64,000 nt of DNA from Promethearchaeia archaeon (GCA_029856045.1 JAHQWG010000046.1:32001-96000), one strand, 5' to 3'; numbered from the stretch's first letter, positions 31,503 to 41,815 are shown. The notes: generated by a model not told the origin, from the letters alone. Program-made: numbers and translations.

Positions 31503-32495
31503 GTGAATGATTTGGAACATAACGTTGAAAAAAAAACCGAAGATAAGAAAAGATATCTTAGCGTAGATGTATTTAAAGGATTGACCATTGCTTTAATGGT
31601 TTTTGTAAATTCAGTCCAATTATTTGATAGTGTTCCTGCTTGGACTAAACACGCAGGAGATTATGGGCTTACCTATGCAGATCTTATTGCTCCATTCTTT
31701 GTTTTCATGATGGCACTCAATTTTAAAACATCATTTCAGCGTCGATTAGAACAAAAAGGAAGGTCAAAAACCTATATTCACTTTATACGGAGATATTTAA
31801 TACTTATTGGAGTTGGACTTCTAATAAGCATTAATGAGGATATGGGAGTTATTTATTTTAGATGGGGCACACTGCAAGTGCTTGGTATATCGGGTCTTAT
31901 ATTATTACCATTAATCGAATTAAAACCAGAGATAAGGTTGATTTTTGCATGTGTAGGTCTGGTTTTTTATCAAATTCTAATAGAAACCGAAGTGAGTGAA
32001 ATAATATATAATGGAGTTGAGGGTGGAATTATTGGCTCACTTTCTTGGGGACTAATGATGATTTTATCCTCTGTTATAGCAGAAGGATTAGTAAATAAGA
32101 AAATTAAAATTTATTTTTTATTAGGAGGAATAATTTGCACAATATTGGGTATTAGTACACATTATATCTGGGGAATAAGTAGGCCTTATGTATCTAGTCC
32201 GTATGTTTTAATAAGTGTTGGAATTGCATCTTTAGTATTTTATGGGATATATTATATCTTCGAAATTTGGGGAAAGGATTATAAATTTACACAAAAAGAT
32301 AATTTTTTAAGTGTTATGGGAAAAAATGCTTTTATGTTGTTTCTTTTGCATTGGCTTTTGTTTATTATTACATATTTAATGCTTCCATCAGACACTCACT
32401 TCTTAATTGTGTTTATATTTGGCTTTATAAATATTTTTATCATTTGGATAATTGCTTTTCTTATGAATCGAGAAAAGATGTTCATTATTATATGA
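31503..32495 (+). CDS. Membrane acyltransferase, HGSNAT/DUF1624-like
   Basis: RYLSVDVFKGLTIALMVFVN, GLTYADLIAPFFVF, GTLQVLG. Confidence 0.85.
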   Translation: MNDLEHNVEKKTEDKKRYLSVDVFKGLTIALMVFVNSVQLFDSVPAWTKHAGDYGLTYADLIAPFFVFMMALNFKTSFQRRLEQKGRSKTYIHFIRRYLILIGVGLLISINEDMGVIYFRWGTLQVLGISGLILLPLIELKPEIRLIFACVGLVFYQILIETEVSEIIYNGVEGGIIGSLSWGLMMILSSVIAEGLVNKKIKIYFLLGGIICTILGISTHYIWGISRPYVSSPYVLISVGIASLVFYGIYYIFEIWGKDYKFTQKDNFLSVMGKNAFMLFLLHWLLFIITYLMLPSDTHFLIVFIFGFINIFIIWIIAFLMNREKMFIII

Positions 32496-32627
32496 TAGCT
32501 GTATTAGCTTTTAATTTTCTTTATTCTAAAGAATTATACTTAATTTATTCGAAAAATAATAAAAAATAATAATTATTAATTCTTTTACTGAAAAGAATTA
32601 TATTAATATTAAATTGAGGTTAAAAAA

Positions 32628-33860
32628 TTGGAAAAAGTAGCAATAATTGGTGTAGGAATTACTCCTTTCAAAGCACGTTATTTAGATAAAACCTATTTTG
32701 AGTTAGCTTATGATGCAACTAAATTAGCTCTCGAAGATGTAAATAAACAAGGCGCTGAAATTACCCATAAAGATTTACAATCTACCGTATATGGGATTTA
32801 TAATGAGTTATTTGAACGTCAATTTATGCCAGATATCTTTATTAATAGTTATATAGGGATGAACAATAAGCCAGGAACACGAATTGCTTCAGGTGGCGCA
32901 ACTGGAGGATATACTGTGAGAATGGCTTTTGCTGAGGTTGCGTCAGGGTTGTCAGATTTGTGTTTATGCTTAGGTGTGGAAAAGTGCAACGACTGTTATG
33001 ATGTACAAACCGGAACGACCACCCCCGAAGTTCTTAATGCGATTGCTTATTCAGCTGATATGACATATGAGTACCCAATGGGAATGATGGCGGCGTCCTC
33101 GTATGTATCTATGGTTAATGCCCATTTCGAAGAGTTTGGTAGTCCAACGGAAGAGCAGATGGCACTTGTCAGTGTAAAAAATCACGGGAACGCAATAAAG
33201 AATCCAAAAGCTCAATCACCAATGAAAATAACCGTAGAAGATGTAATCAATTCGAGAATTATTTGTTATCCGTTTAAAATGTTAGATTGCTGTTTATATT
33301 CAGAGGCATCCGCGGCATTAATTTTAGCCAACGAAGAAAAAGTTAAGGAATTGAAGATCGATAATCCAATCTGGATTACTGGTGTAGGTGCCGCAAATAC
33401 AGATTGTTTTATTGGAAACAGAGAGGATATGGGAAGACTTTATTCAAATATATACGCAGCAAAAGCAGCTTATAAAATGGCAGGATTAGATTATAATAAA
33501 ATCAAGGAACAAATAGATGTTGCAGAATTACATGATGCATTCTCTGGGCAAGAAGTAATTAGCTATGAAGAGCTAGGATTTGTTCCTTTCGGTGAAGGTG
33601 GTAAATGGATTGAAGAAAGAGGTCCTATGAGAGATGGAGAATTACCTTGTTGTCCCTGTGGGGGATTGATTGGATGTGGACATGCTGTTGGGGCAACTGG
33701 AATAATGTCAACTGGCGAAGCGGCGCTTCAATTAAGAGGTGATGCTGGAAAACATCAAGTAATAATTGAAAAGGGAAGGGGTTTAGCGCATTCAATCGGA
33801 GGTCCTGGTGCAGCATATGCAGCTATAATAATAATGGAAAATCAGGAGGCGAAAAAATAA
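32628..33860 (+). CDS. Thiolase-fold (SCP2-type) protein lacking the nucleophilic Cys
   Basis: ASGGATGG, KNHGNA, ELHDAF, GHAVGATG. Confidence 0.9.
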   Translation: MEKVAIIGVGITPFKARYLDKTYFELAYDATKLALEDVNKQGAEITHKDLQSTVYGIYNELFERQFMPDIFINSYIGMNNKPGTRIASGGATGGYTVRMAFAEVASGLSDLCLCLGVEKCNDCYDVQTGTTTPEVLNAIAYSADMTYEYPMGMMAASSYVSMVNAHFEEFGSPTEEQMALVSVKNHGNAIKNPKAQSPMKITVEDVINSRIICYPFKMLDCCLYSEASAALILANEEKVKELKIDNPIWITGVGAANTDCFIGNREDMGRLYSNIYAAKAAYKMAGLDYNKIKEQIDVAELHDAFSGQEVISYEELGFVPFGEGGKWIEERGPMRDGELPCCPCGGLIGCGHAVGATGIMSTGEAALQLRGDAGKHQVIIEKGRGLAHSIGGPGAAYAAIIIMENQEAKK

Positions 33861-33861
33861 A

Positions 33862-34353
33862 ATGGAATTTCAAGCACATCAAATAAAAGATATACTTAAA
33901 ATTGATTATAGGTATACTATGGGAGGACAATCTAAGTTTTTCATAGAGTTGATGAATAATAAAAAACTATTAGGTACAAAATGTACTAAATGCGGAAAGA
34001 TTTGGATGCCTCCAAGAATAAATTGCTCGGAATGCTACGAACCAGCGGAGTGGGTCGAGATGAAACAAACCGGAACAATAGATGTTAGCACCATTGTGTG
34101 GTATACTACATCTGCTTTTATTAAAGCGATTCCCTACGGAATTGGTTTTATTAGATTAGATGGTGCGGATACAGCGATGCTTCAAGGAATATTTTCCGAG
34201 AGTTTAATTCCATCTAAAGTAAAGAAAGGAAAAAAAGTAAGAGCAGTATTTCAAAAAGAAAGGGAAGGAAAAATGACAGATTTTTTCTTTGTACCCGAAG
34301 ATGAATATGAAGATTGGATAGCAAAACCAGAATATGAAGGGGGTTCAGAATGA
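33862..34353 (+). CDS. DUF35 Zn-ribbon/OB-fold protein
   Basis: KCTKCG...PPRINCSEC, IRLDGAD. Confidence 0.92.
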   Translation: MEFQAHQIKDILKIDYRYTMGGQSKFFIELMNNKKLLGTKCTKCGKIWMPPRINCSECYEPAEWVEMKQTGTIDVSTIVWYTTSAFIKAIPYGIGFIRLDGADTAMLQGIFSESLIPSKVKKGKKVRAVFQKEREGKMTDFFFVPEDEYEDWIAKPEYEGGSE

Positions 34354-34715
34354 ACGATGGTAGAATAGAATTTGAAAAAATTATTGATTTAATAAATAAA
34401 ACACCAAAATCAAAACAAGTTTTCGAATCAGAGGATTGGAGATATACTATTCAATTTAAATTGGATGGAGAAGATGATCCATTTTTTCTCGTTGTCAAGG
34501 ATGGAATTGGAAAAGTTTTTGTAGGTGAAGATATTAATGCGGATATGTTAATCACTGGTGACAGCAATAGTATTATAAAAATCAGTCAAGGGAAAGGTGA
34601 TTTTACTCATGGAATTAGTCGTGAAGAGATTAATGTTGAAAAAGGAAAAGTATTTGAATTAATGCGGATAAGTAGAGCAATTGGAGTTGCATTAAAAGAA
34701 CAGAAGATGAAGTAA
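34350..34715 (+). CDS. SCP2 sterol-carrier-like lipid-binding domain protein
   Basis: TIQFKLDG...FFLVVKDG...ADMLITGD...INVEKG pattern; ATGA-coupled to the DUF35 gene. Confidence 0.75.
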   Translation: MNDGRIEFEKIIDLINKTPKSKQVFESEDWRYTIQFKLDGEDDPFFLVVKDGIGKVFVGEDINADMLITGDSNSIIKISQGKGDFTHGISREEINVEKGKVFELMRISRAIGVALKEQKMK

Positions 34716-34830
34716 AAAATATTTTATTATTTTTTTTATTACTCAAAAAAAGCGATTTTAATTTTAGTATTTTATTGAAAATCTTTCTCTCTTATAATGT
34801 ATTTAATAAACCCTTGAATTACTTCTTTTT

Positions 34831-35448
34831 ATGGTTGATAAAAAACAAGCAGAAAGTATAGCTAAGAATATTGTAAAGAAGGTATTAAAAGATAACAAAT
34901 TGCTTTCTGAATTGATTAAAGGAGTTGCTTCAAAGGATGATTCTATAAGGTATCCAAATGCAATAGCTTTAGAGATTTTAAGCAATGAACATCCTGAGAT
35001 GATATATCCTGAATGGGATTTCTTTATAGATTTACTTAATCGTAGAAACGCATACTCGAAGTCTATTGCGATTAAAACCATAGCAAACCTTACGAGTGTA
35101 GATATAGAAGACAGGTTCGAGAATATATTTAACGAGTATTACAATGAATTAAATGACAAAAGCGTGATTGTAGCTAGGCAACTTGCAATTAATTCTGGAA
35201 AGATTGCCAAAGCAAAACCTAAACTTCAAACCAAAATAACAAACAAGTTATTAAGCATAGATGAAACTAATCACAATCCAAATCGTAAAGATTTAATAAA
35301 GGGAGATATTATAAAAGCGTTCAGTGAATATTTTGAAGAAATTGAGAATAAGAAAGAGATAATAAAATTCGTAAAGAAACAATTAAAAAGTACTAGCCCG
35401 AGTACTTTAAAGAAAGTAAAAGAATTCCTAAAGAGATGGGAGAATTAA
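34831..35448 (+). CDS. HEAT-repeat (alpha-solenoid) protein
   Basis: Helical repeats such as SKDDSIRYPNAIAL and LNDKSVIVARQLA. Confidence 0.75.
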   Translation: MVDKKQAESIAKNIVKKVLKDNKLLSELIKGVASKDDSIRYPNAIALEILSNEHPEMIYPEWDFFIDLLNRRNAYSKSIAIKTIANLTSVDIEDRFENIFNEYYNELNDKSVIVARQLAINSGKIAKAKPKLQTKITNKLLSIDETNHNPNRKDLIKGDIIKAFSEYFEEIENKKEIIKFVKKQLKSTSPSTLKKVKEFLKRWEN

Positions 35449-35516
35449 ATTTCTATTTTTTTATTTGAAACTTTTTAGAAAAAAATTTATATTAATCTTT
35501 AAATTAAGAATAGACT

Positions 35517-36350
35517 ATGGAATTTGAAAATTTAATTTATGAAGAAAAGGATCAAGTAGCTTGGGTTATACTTAATCGATCTGAAGTCTTAAATGCATTA
35601 AACATGAAACTTTCTGATGAGTTAGTTGCTGCTATAGAAATTGTAAGACAATCTACAAAACTTAAATTTTTAGTTATTAAAGGAGCAGGTAATAATTTCA
35701 GTGTTGGAGATGATATTAAGGAAATGATTAAATGGGGCGATGCTAATGATATAACACGAAGAGCGAGATATTATCAAAATATGGCTAATCAGCTTGAAGA
35801 GTTGGATAAAATCACAATTGCCGCTGTAGATGGATATGCTGTAGGTGGTGGCTTAGAAATTACTATGGCATGTGATTTTGTAATTGCCACTGAGCGCTCA
35901 AAATGGGGTATGCCAGAGGTGGATGTCGGAATAACTCCCGGATGGGGTGGGACCACAAGATTAGCTCGACTTATAGGTCGAAGGAGAGCTAAAGAAATTA
36001 ATCTTATTGGTGCACTTCATTCCGGAAAAAAGGCGGTGGATTGGAATTTGTGGAACCGGGTTGTACCAAACGATAATCTTGATGATGAGGTGGAACGGTT
36101 ATTGGAGGTACTTAAATCTAAAAATCAGCAAGGATTACGTCAATTAAAATTTGTAATTAATCGCGGAGTAGAATGTGATTTATATACTGCTCAAGGTTTT
36201 GAAGTATTATCTGCTGGTTTAACTGCAGCTGTTAGTGGAATGTGGAAAATAAAAGATGCTGATCAAGGTAAGGGTGTAATCGGCTTCACTGATAAGGCTG
36301 GTCTATGGCAAACAAGAAGACGAATGGCAAAAGACTTTTGGGTTGATTAA
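35517..36350 (+). CDS. Enoyl-CoA hydratase/isomerase (crotonase) family
   Basis: FSVGDDI, AVGGGLE, GMPEVDVGITPGWGG; both catalytic Glu present. Confidence 0.93.
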   Translation: MEFENLIYEEKDQVAWVILNRSEVLNALNMKLSDELVAAIEIVRQSTKLKFLVIKGAGNNFSVGDDIKEMIKWGDANDITRRARYYQNMANQLEELDKITIAAVDGYAVGGGLEITMACDFVIATERSKWGMPEVDVGITPGWGGTTRLARLIGRRRAKEINLIGALHSGKKAVDWNLWNRVVPNDNLDDEVERLLEVLKSKNQQGLRQLKFVINRGVECDLYTAQGFEVLSAGLTAAVSGMWKIKDADQGKGVIGFTDKAGLWQTRRRMAKDFWVD

Positions 36351-36366
36351 AAGACTTTAACTTTAA

Positions 36367-36475
36367 CCTCTCTGTTAGTTACAGCCTTTTCATGCATAAT
36401 TTTTATTACTGCTATTTCTACTTTCTTGTTTGAAAATGTATAAGGAATAACATCTAGAGGAGTTTATTTTATAAT
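36367..36475 (-). pseudogene. Remnant of the 3' end of a second acetoacetate--CoA ligase gene
   Basis: Minus-strand frame reads IIIK*TPLDVIPYTFSNKKVEIAVIKIMHEKAVTNRE versus KIILETPPDGIPYTFSNKKVEIAVTKIIHGIAVANRG in the neighbour. In-frame TAA at 36466-36464. Confidence 0.8.
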
Positions 36476-36551
36476 AATAATTCCATAATTTGGTCATGGA
36501 ACACTTTAGTTACAAAAATATCTAAAAAGTAAAAAATTGAGAATTATTTCT

Positions 36552-38546
36552 TTATTTAAGATCTTCTTTAATTTTCTCATAGAAATCCAATGATTCAGGG
36601 TTTCTTAAAGCACCTCTATTTGCCACAGCTATGCCATGTATGATTTTTGTTACAGCAATCTCTACCTTTTTATTACTGAATGTATAAGGAATGCCATCTG
36701 GAGGAGTCTCCAAAATAATTTTAGGAACATGTCGTGGGGATGTTTTTTCCCGTAGAGTTTTCTTTATCTTTTCTTTTAAATCTCCAGTTAATTCATAACC
36801 TTCGTTTAATAGGACAAACATTATAATACGAATATCTCCCTCCCATTTTTGGCCAATTACCAAACTGTCGGCAATCTCGGGAAGTTGTTCAATAACATTA
36901 TAGATTTCTGCGGTTCCAATGCGAACACCTGATGGCTTCAAGACAGCGTCAGAACGACCCCAGAAGGTGATACCGCCTGTATCGCTATGAATTACTATGT
37001 AGTCGCCATGTCTCCATACATTCTTACCAGTATCTTTAAAGTGGTCAAAATACGCTGTCTTATATTTTGTCATATTATCATCATCGTCCCAGAAATATAT
37101 AGGCATTGAGGGTGCAGGTGCTTCACATACGAGTTCAGCCTGCTCATCAAGAACTGGTTCTGCCCTTTCATTATAAGATTTAACTCTCATTGCTAACGCG
37201 GGACCTTGTAATTCGCTGGAATAGACAGGAAGAATTGGGATAGCCCCAGCAAAGCAGCCATTAATATCCGTTCCACCGCTTATTGAATTAAAATATAGAT
37301 CTTTCTTGATTTCCTTATAAACATATTCAAATCCTTCTGGCGAAAGAGTAGAAGCCGTTTGAGATATTACTCTTAATGCACTTAAATCATATTTTTCAGT
37401 TGGTTTAGCGCCAATACCCATTAAATAATGAATATAGGAGGCACTTGTACCAAAAATTGAAATTTTATGCTTTTCCATAAGTTCAAACATTATAAGGGGA
37501 TCTGGATAGAGGGGATTACCATCATAAAGGAAGATTGTTGCACCTACTGCTAATGAGCTTATCAACCAATTCCACATCATCCATGAGGGTGCAGTAATAT
37601 AGATAATTACATCACTTCGTTTTAGATCTGTTGAGAGAATAAGTTCACTTAAATGTTTAATAAGAACTCCACCCGCTCCTTGTACCATACATTTCGGCTT
37701 ACCAGTTGTTCCCGAGGAGAACATAACATAAACTGGGTGGTCGAAAGGTAATTGTTCGAATTGATTTACTGGATTTTCCTCTTTAGAGATAAAATCGTCC
37801 CAATGGACCGCATTATGGATACTGCTAATTTCAGGCTTCCTATCGGAGATATATGAAGCAACGATAACTTTTTCAATTGATGGAATAACATCAACCACTT
37901 TTTTAATATTAGGAACTATTTCGAAAACTTTATCTCTGTAATAGTATCCATCGACCGTAAAGAGTACTTTAGGTTTAATTTGACCAAATCGATCAATTAC
38001 AGCACTAGGTTGTAATTCAGCACCGCAGGAAGCCCAAATTGCGCCAATACTAGTAGTCGCGAGCATAGCAATCGCAGTTTCAATCAAATTCGGAATATAT
38101 GATACGACTCTATCTCCAACTTTTACCCCCATTTCACGGAGTGATTTTGCTAAACGAGCTACAACTTTATTCAACTCTGCATAAGTCATTTTCTTTGATA
38201 CTTTTGTTTCACCTTGAAAGATAAACGCTAATTTATCGTCTTTAAATCTCAACATATTTTCTGCAAAATTTAATCTCGCTTTAGGAAACCATTTCGTACC
38301 AGGATATACGTTTAAATCCTCAACTACCTTTTCATATGGTTGGGATGATATTATTCCACTAAATTTCCACATTGCATCCCAGAAATCTTCTATTTTTTCG
38401 ACACTCCATTCATATAATTCTTTCCCAGTAGATATATTTTGAATATATTCTTTATTGATTAATTCGATAAACCGGGTAACTTCAGCGTTTTTAATCCAAT
38501 CCTCCGAAGGTTCCCAAAGTTTTTTTCGATTTGCTATATTTAACAC
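36552..38546 (-). CDS. Acetoacetate--CoA ligase
   Basis: WFPKARLNFAEN, FSSGTTGKPKC, SWMMWNW, SISGGTD, WRHGD, GRSDAVLKPSGVRIG. Confidence 0.95.
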   Translation of the reverse strand: MLNIANRKKLWEPSEDWIKNAEVTRFIELINKEYIQNISTGKELYEWSVEKIEDFWDAMWKFSGIISSQPYEKVVEDLNVYPGTKWFPKARLNFAENMLRFKDDKLAFIFQGETKVSKKMTYAELNKVVARLAKSLREMGVKVGDRVVSYIPNLIETAIAMLATTSIGAIWASCGAELQPSAVIDRFGQIKPKVLFTVDGYYYRDKVFEIVPNIKKVVDVIPSIEKVIVASYISDRKPEISSIHNAVHWDDFISKEENPVNQFEQLPFDHPVYVMFSSGTTGKPKCMVQGAGGVLIKHLSELILSTDLKRSDVIIYITAPSWMMWNWLISSLAVGATIFLYDGNPLYPDPLIMFELMEKHKISIFGTSASYIHYLMGIGAKPTEKYDLSALRVISQTASTLSPEGFEYVYKEIKKDLYFNSISGGTDINGCFAGAIPILPVYSSELQGPALAMRVKSYNERAEPVLDEQAELVCEAPAPSMPIYFWDDDDNMTKYKTAYFDHFKDTGKNVWRHGDYIVIHSDTGGITFWGRSDAVLKPSGVRIGTAEIYNVIEQLPEIADSLVIGQKWEGDIRIIMFVLLNEGYELTGDLKEKIKKTLREKTSPRHVPKIILETPPDGIPYTFSNKKVEIAVTKIIHGIAVANRGALRNPESLDFYEKIKEDLK

Positions 38547-38945
38547 CTCATATTTTTATATTTTAACAATTTGATAATTTATAACTAAAAATTAATTGAA
38601 TAATTCTATTTACTATTCTTTTTTATTTAATCTTTCTTAAAGAGTTATTAAATTGATTATTGAAATGCATAAAAATATTCAATTATATTTTAAAATTAAA
38701 AGCTTTTTAGCAGAAATTAATAATATTTCCAAATTTTATCATAGATAATCATATTTTCTTTATAATTCTTCAATTATTATTAAGATTTTTAACAAAACTT
38801 GAAAACTTTTTAATTAGATTTTCCCAATTTCGTCAAAACGATATTTTTTTGAGAAATTTTTGGTTAAGAATAAATCTAATTATTAATTATCTATTTTGAA
38901 AAAATTTAATAACTTTTTATTAATAAAAAGAGGTTAATTTGCATT

Positions 38946-39953
38946 ATGGAAATGAAAATTTTAAAAGAAGGAAGTGGAGAAATATTTTGTAAAAATACTC
39001 CCGCTGAAGTTAGAAAATGGACTAGAGAAAATAAATCTCGTGCTCTAAAAGATAAGCGTATGAGATTAAAAGATGCTGTAAAAAAATTTATTAAAGATGG
39101 AGATTATCTTGCCATTGGAGGATTTGGACATATTCGAGTACCAATGGCTACTATATATGAGATTGTAAGGCAAAAAATTAAAGATTTATCTGTAGCGGGG
39201 CATACGGCGGTGCAGGATATAGATGTATTAATGGCAGGAGGTTGTGTTAAAAATGTTGATATTGCTTATGTTGTTGGTTTTGAACTACGAGGGCTTTCTG
39301 GGGTCCAAAGACGCCTTTTTGAAAACGGACAGGTTAAGAAAACTGATTATACAAATGGAGCAATGTCATATCGACTTCGTGCAGGTGCTCAAGGAATACC
39401 TTTTATTCCAGTGAAGGTTATGCTTGGAACGGATACTATGATGCATTCCCCTGGAAAAGTTGTTAAATGCCCTTTTACAGGGGAAAAAGTGTTATTATTG
39501 CCTTCATTGAATCCTGATGTTTGTATAATTCACGCCCATCGGGCTGACATGTATGGGAATGTTCAAATTGATGGGCATATTGTAAAAGATGATTTACAAG
39601 CAAGAGCATCTAAAAGGGTTATAGTAACTTGCGAAGAACTAGTAGATACTGAAGTTATTAGAGCAGATCCTGGTAAAACTGTAATTCCATTTTATATGGT
39701 AGATGCTGTAACTGAACATCCTTGGGGATCTCATCCTGGTAATATGCCATATAAATACTACTTTGACCATGAATTTACTGAAGATTATTTGGCTGCTGGA
39801 AGAAATAAGGATCCAAAAGTTTTAAAAAATTGGCTAGATGAATGGATATATAATATTAATGATTTTTACGAATATTTAGAAAAATTGGGAGCTAGAAGAC
39901 TTTATACTCTTAGAGATGTTGAATTTTTAAGACCACCAGTGAGGGGGAGTTAA
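38946..39953 (+). CDS. CoA-transferase subunit A (glutaconate CoA-transferase GctA-like)
   Basis: DGDYLAIGGFG, RLRAGAQGIPF, CPFTGE, IHAHRADMYGN, PWGSHP. Confidence 0.9.
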   Translation: MEMKILKEGSGEIFCKNTPAEVRKWTRENKSRALKDKRMRLKDAVKKFIKDGDYLAIGGFGHIRVPMATIYEIVRQKIKDLSVAGHTAVQDIDVLMAGGCVKNVDIAYVVGFELRGLSGVQRRLFENGQVKKTDYTNGAMSYRLRAGAQGIPFIPVKVMLGTDTMMHSPGKVVKCPFTGEKVLLLPSLNPDVCIIHAHRADMYGNVQIDGHIVKDDLQARASKRVIVTCEELVDTEVIRADPGKTVIPFYMVDAVTEHPWGSHPGNMPYKYYFDHEFTEDYLAAGRNKDPKVLKNWLDEWIYNINDFYEYLEKLGARRLYTLRDVEFLRPPVRGS

Positions 39954-39956
39954 AAA

Positions 39957-40736
39957 ATGTCTGTAAAAAATTATACATTAAGAGAACTAATGGCTTGTGT
40001 TGCCGCGAAACAATTAGAAGATGAAAAAGCTGTTGCTGTTGGGACTGGATTACCTTTAGTTGCAACCATGCTTGCACAACAAACTCATGCACCAAATTTG
40101 TTAATTATTTTCGAAGCTGGTGGTATTGCTCCACAATTACCAACACTTCCAATATCTGTTGGAGATTCACGGACAATCCATAAAGCGCTTTGTACCACTA
40201 CATTAATTGATATTATGGATACAATTCGTAGAGGTTATGTTGATTATGCCTTTTTAGGAGGTGCCCAAATTGATAAATACGGAAACCTAAACTCTACTAT
40301 GATTGGGGACAATTACGAAAAACCAAAAGTTAGATTCCCGGGTTCTGGAGGGGCAAATGATTTTGGATCATTAGCATGGGAGACACTTATAATAATGGAT
40401 CGGCATGGTCCAAGGCGATTTGTTGAAAAGGTGGATTTTATCACAACTCCAGGATATTTATATGGTCCAGGAGCCCGAGAAGAAGAAGGTTTATCGGAAA
40501 ATACAGGTCCATCACGTGTTATCACAGATTTATGCCTATTTGACTTTGAACCTGAAACTAAGAGAATGAGATTGATCGCTTGCCATCCAGGAATTACTAC
40601 TGAGGACGTTATAAAAGCAACGGGTTTTGAAATATTAATAGCAGATGAAGTAGGCACAACTGATCCCCCCACCAAAGAAGAATTAAGGTTATTACATGAA
40701 GTAATTGATCCTTTAGGATTTGTCTTTAAAAAATAA
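39957..40736 (+). CDS. CoA-transferase subunit B (GctB-like)
   Basis: VGTGLP, IIFEAGG (catalytic Glu), GGAQIDKYGNLNST, PGSGGAND. Confidence 0.92.
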   Translation: MSVKNYTLRELMACVAAKQLEDEKAVAVGTGLPLVATMLAQQTHAPNLLIIFEAGGIAPQLPTLPISVGDSRTIHKALCTTTLIDIMDTIRRGYVDYAFLGGAQIDKYGNLNSTMIGDNYEKPKVRFPGSGGANDFGSLAWETLIIMDRHGPRRFVEKVDFITTPGYLYGPGAREEEGLSENTGPSRVITDLCLFDFEPETKRMRLIACHPGITTEDVIKATGFEILIADEVGTTDPPTKEELRLLHEVIDPLGFVFKK

Positions 40737-40858
40737 AATCATTTTTTTTTAATATAAATTAGAATGCGAAATAAAAAATTTTAAAATTCCAAAAATCAAT
40801 ATTAATTTTATTAAATTAAATTTGAATCTAAAAAGTCAAACAAAAAAAGTAATTTAAA

Positions 40859-41773
40859 ATGGAAGTATATGAAAATAATCCAAAAAATAAATTAGTAATA
40901 AGTGCAGCATTAGCCGGGGCAGTAACGAGAAAGGACCAAAACCCTGCTGTTCCTTATTCACCCGAAGAATTTGGAGATGAAGCTAAAAAATGCTATGAAG
41001 CGGGGGCCGCAATAGTCCATATCCATGCAAGAGATGTAGCACAGGGGGGTATTCCCACACCAAATTTGGAAATTATTAAAGCCACTATTGAGAATATAAA
41101 GCTAAAAGCCCCAGGTGTTATAATTAACTTGAGTTCCGCAATTAGCGCTGTAGCTACTGACCGGGAACGAATTATGCCTGTGAGAACATTCAAACCTCCT
41201 TTAGCGTCATTAAACACTAATTCAATGAATTTTTCGGTTGGAGATTTCAAGGCAGGAAAAGTAATTATGGGTGCTGGAAATATTTTTAATAACTCATTTA
41301 GCACAATTCAAAATTTCGCTAAACATATGAGGAAAGCGCAGACCAAACCTGAGATGGAAATTTATGATTTGGGGGGTATGTATAACATGCTATTTCTTAA
41401 CAGACAAGAAGGCACGTTTGAAAAACCTTTACACTTTCAGTTTGTTTTCGGTGTTCTTGGTGGAATACCCTTCAGTCCTCAAAACCTAGGGCGTCTACTG
41501 GATTTGAAGCCCCCAAGAGCAACATGGAGTGTTTGTGGAGTAGCTAAACAACAATTTCAAGCAGGCATGTGTGCTGCTGCATGGGGTGGGCATATTCGAG
41601 TTGGTTTAGAAGACAACATACGTAATATTAATGGTGATTTAGCTAAAGGCTCATGGGAACAGGTTGCTTGGGCTAAAAAAGTAGCTGAAGACGCTGGGCG
41701 AGAATTTGCTCAAGGTGCAGAGGCTAAAAAAATCTTCAACCTTTTACGCGACGATGTGGATTTGTCTGATTAA
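40859..41773 (+). CDS. Beta-keto acid cleavage enzyme (Kce/BKACE family)
   Basis: AGAAIVHIHAR, KPEMEIYD, HIRVGLEDN. Confidence 0.93.
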   Translation: MEVYENNPKNKLVISAALAGAVTRKDQNPAVPYSPEEFGDEAKKCYEAGAAIVHIHARDVAQGGIPTPNLEIIKATIENIKLKAPGVIINLSSAISAVATDRERIMPVRTFKPPLASLNTNSMNFSVGDFKAGKVIMGAGNIFNNSFSTIQNFAKHMRKAQTKPEMEIYDLGGMYNMLFLNRQEGTFEKPLHFQFVFGVLGGIPFSPQNLGRLLDLKPPRATWSVCGVAKQQFQAGMCAAAWGGHIRVGLEDNIRNINGDLAKGSWEQVAWAKKVAEDAGREFAQGAEAKKIFNLLRDDVDLSD

Positions 41774-41815
41774 AAAATAGTTATAAATTAATTCTAACCA
41801 TTTTATTTTGTGTGG

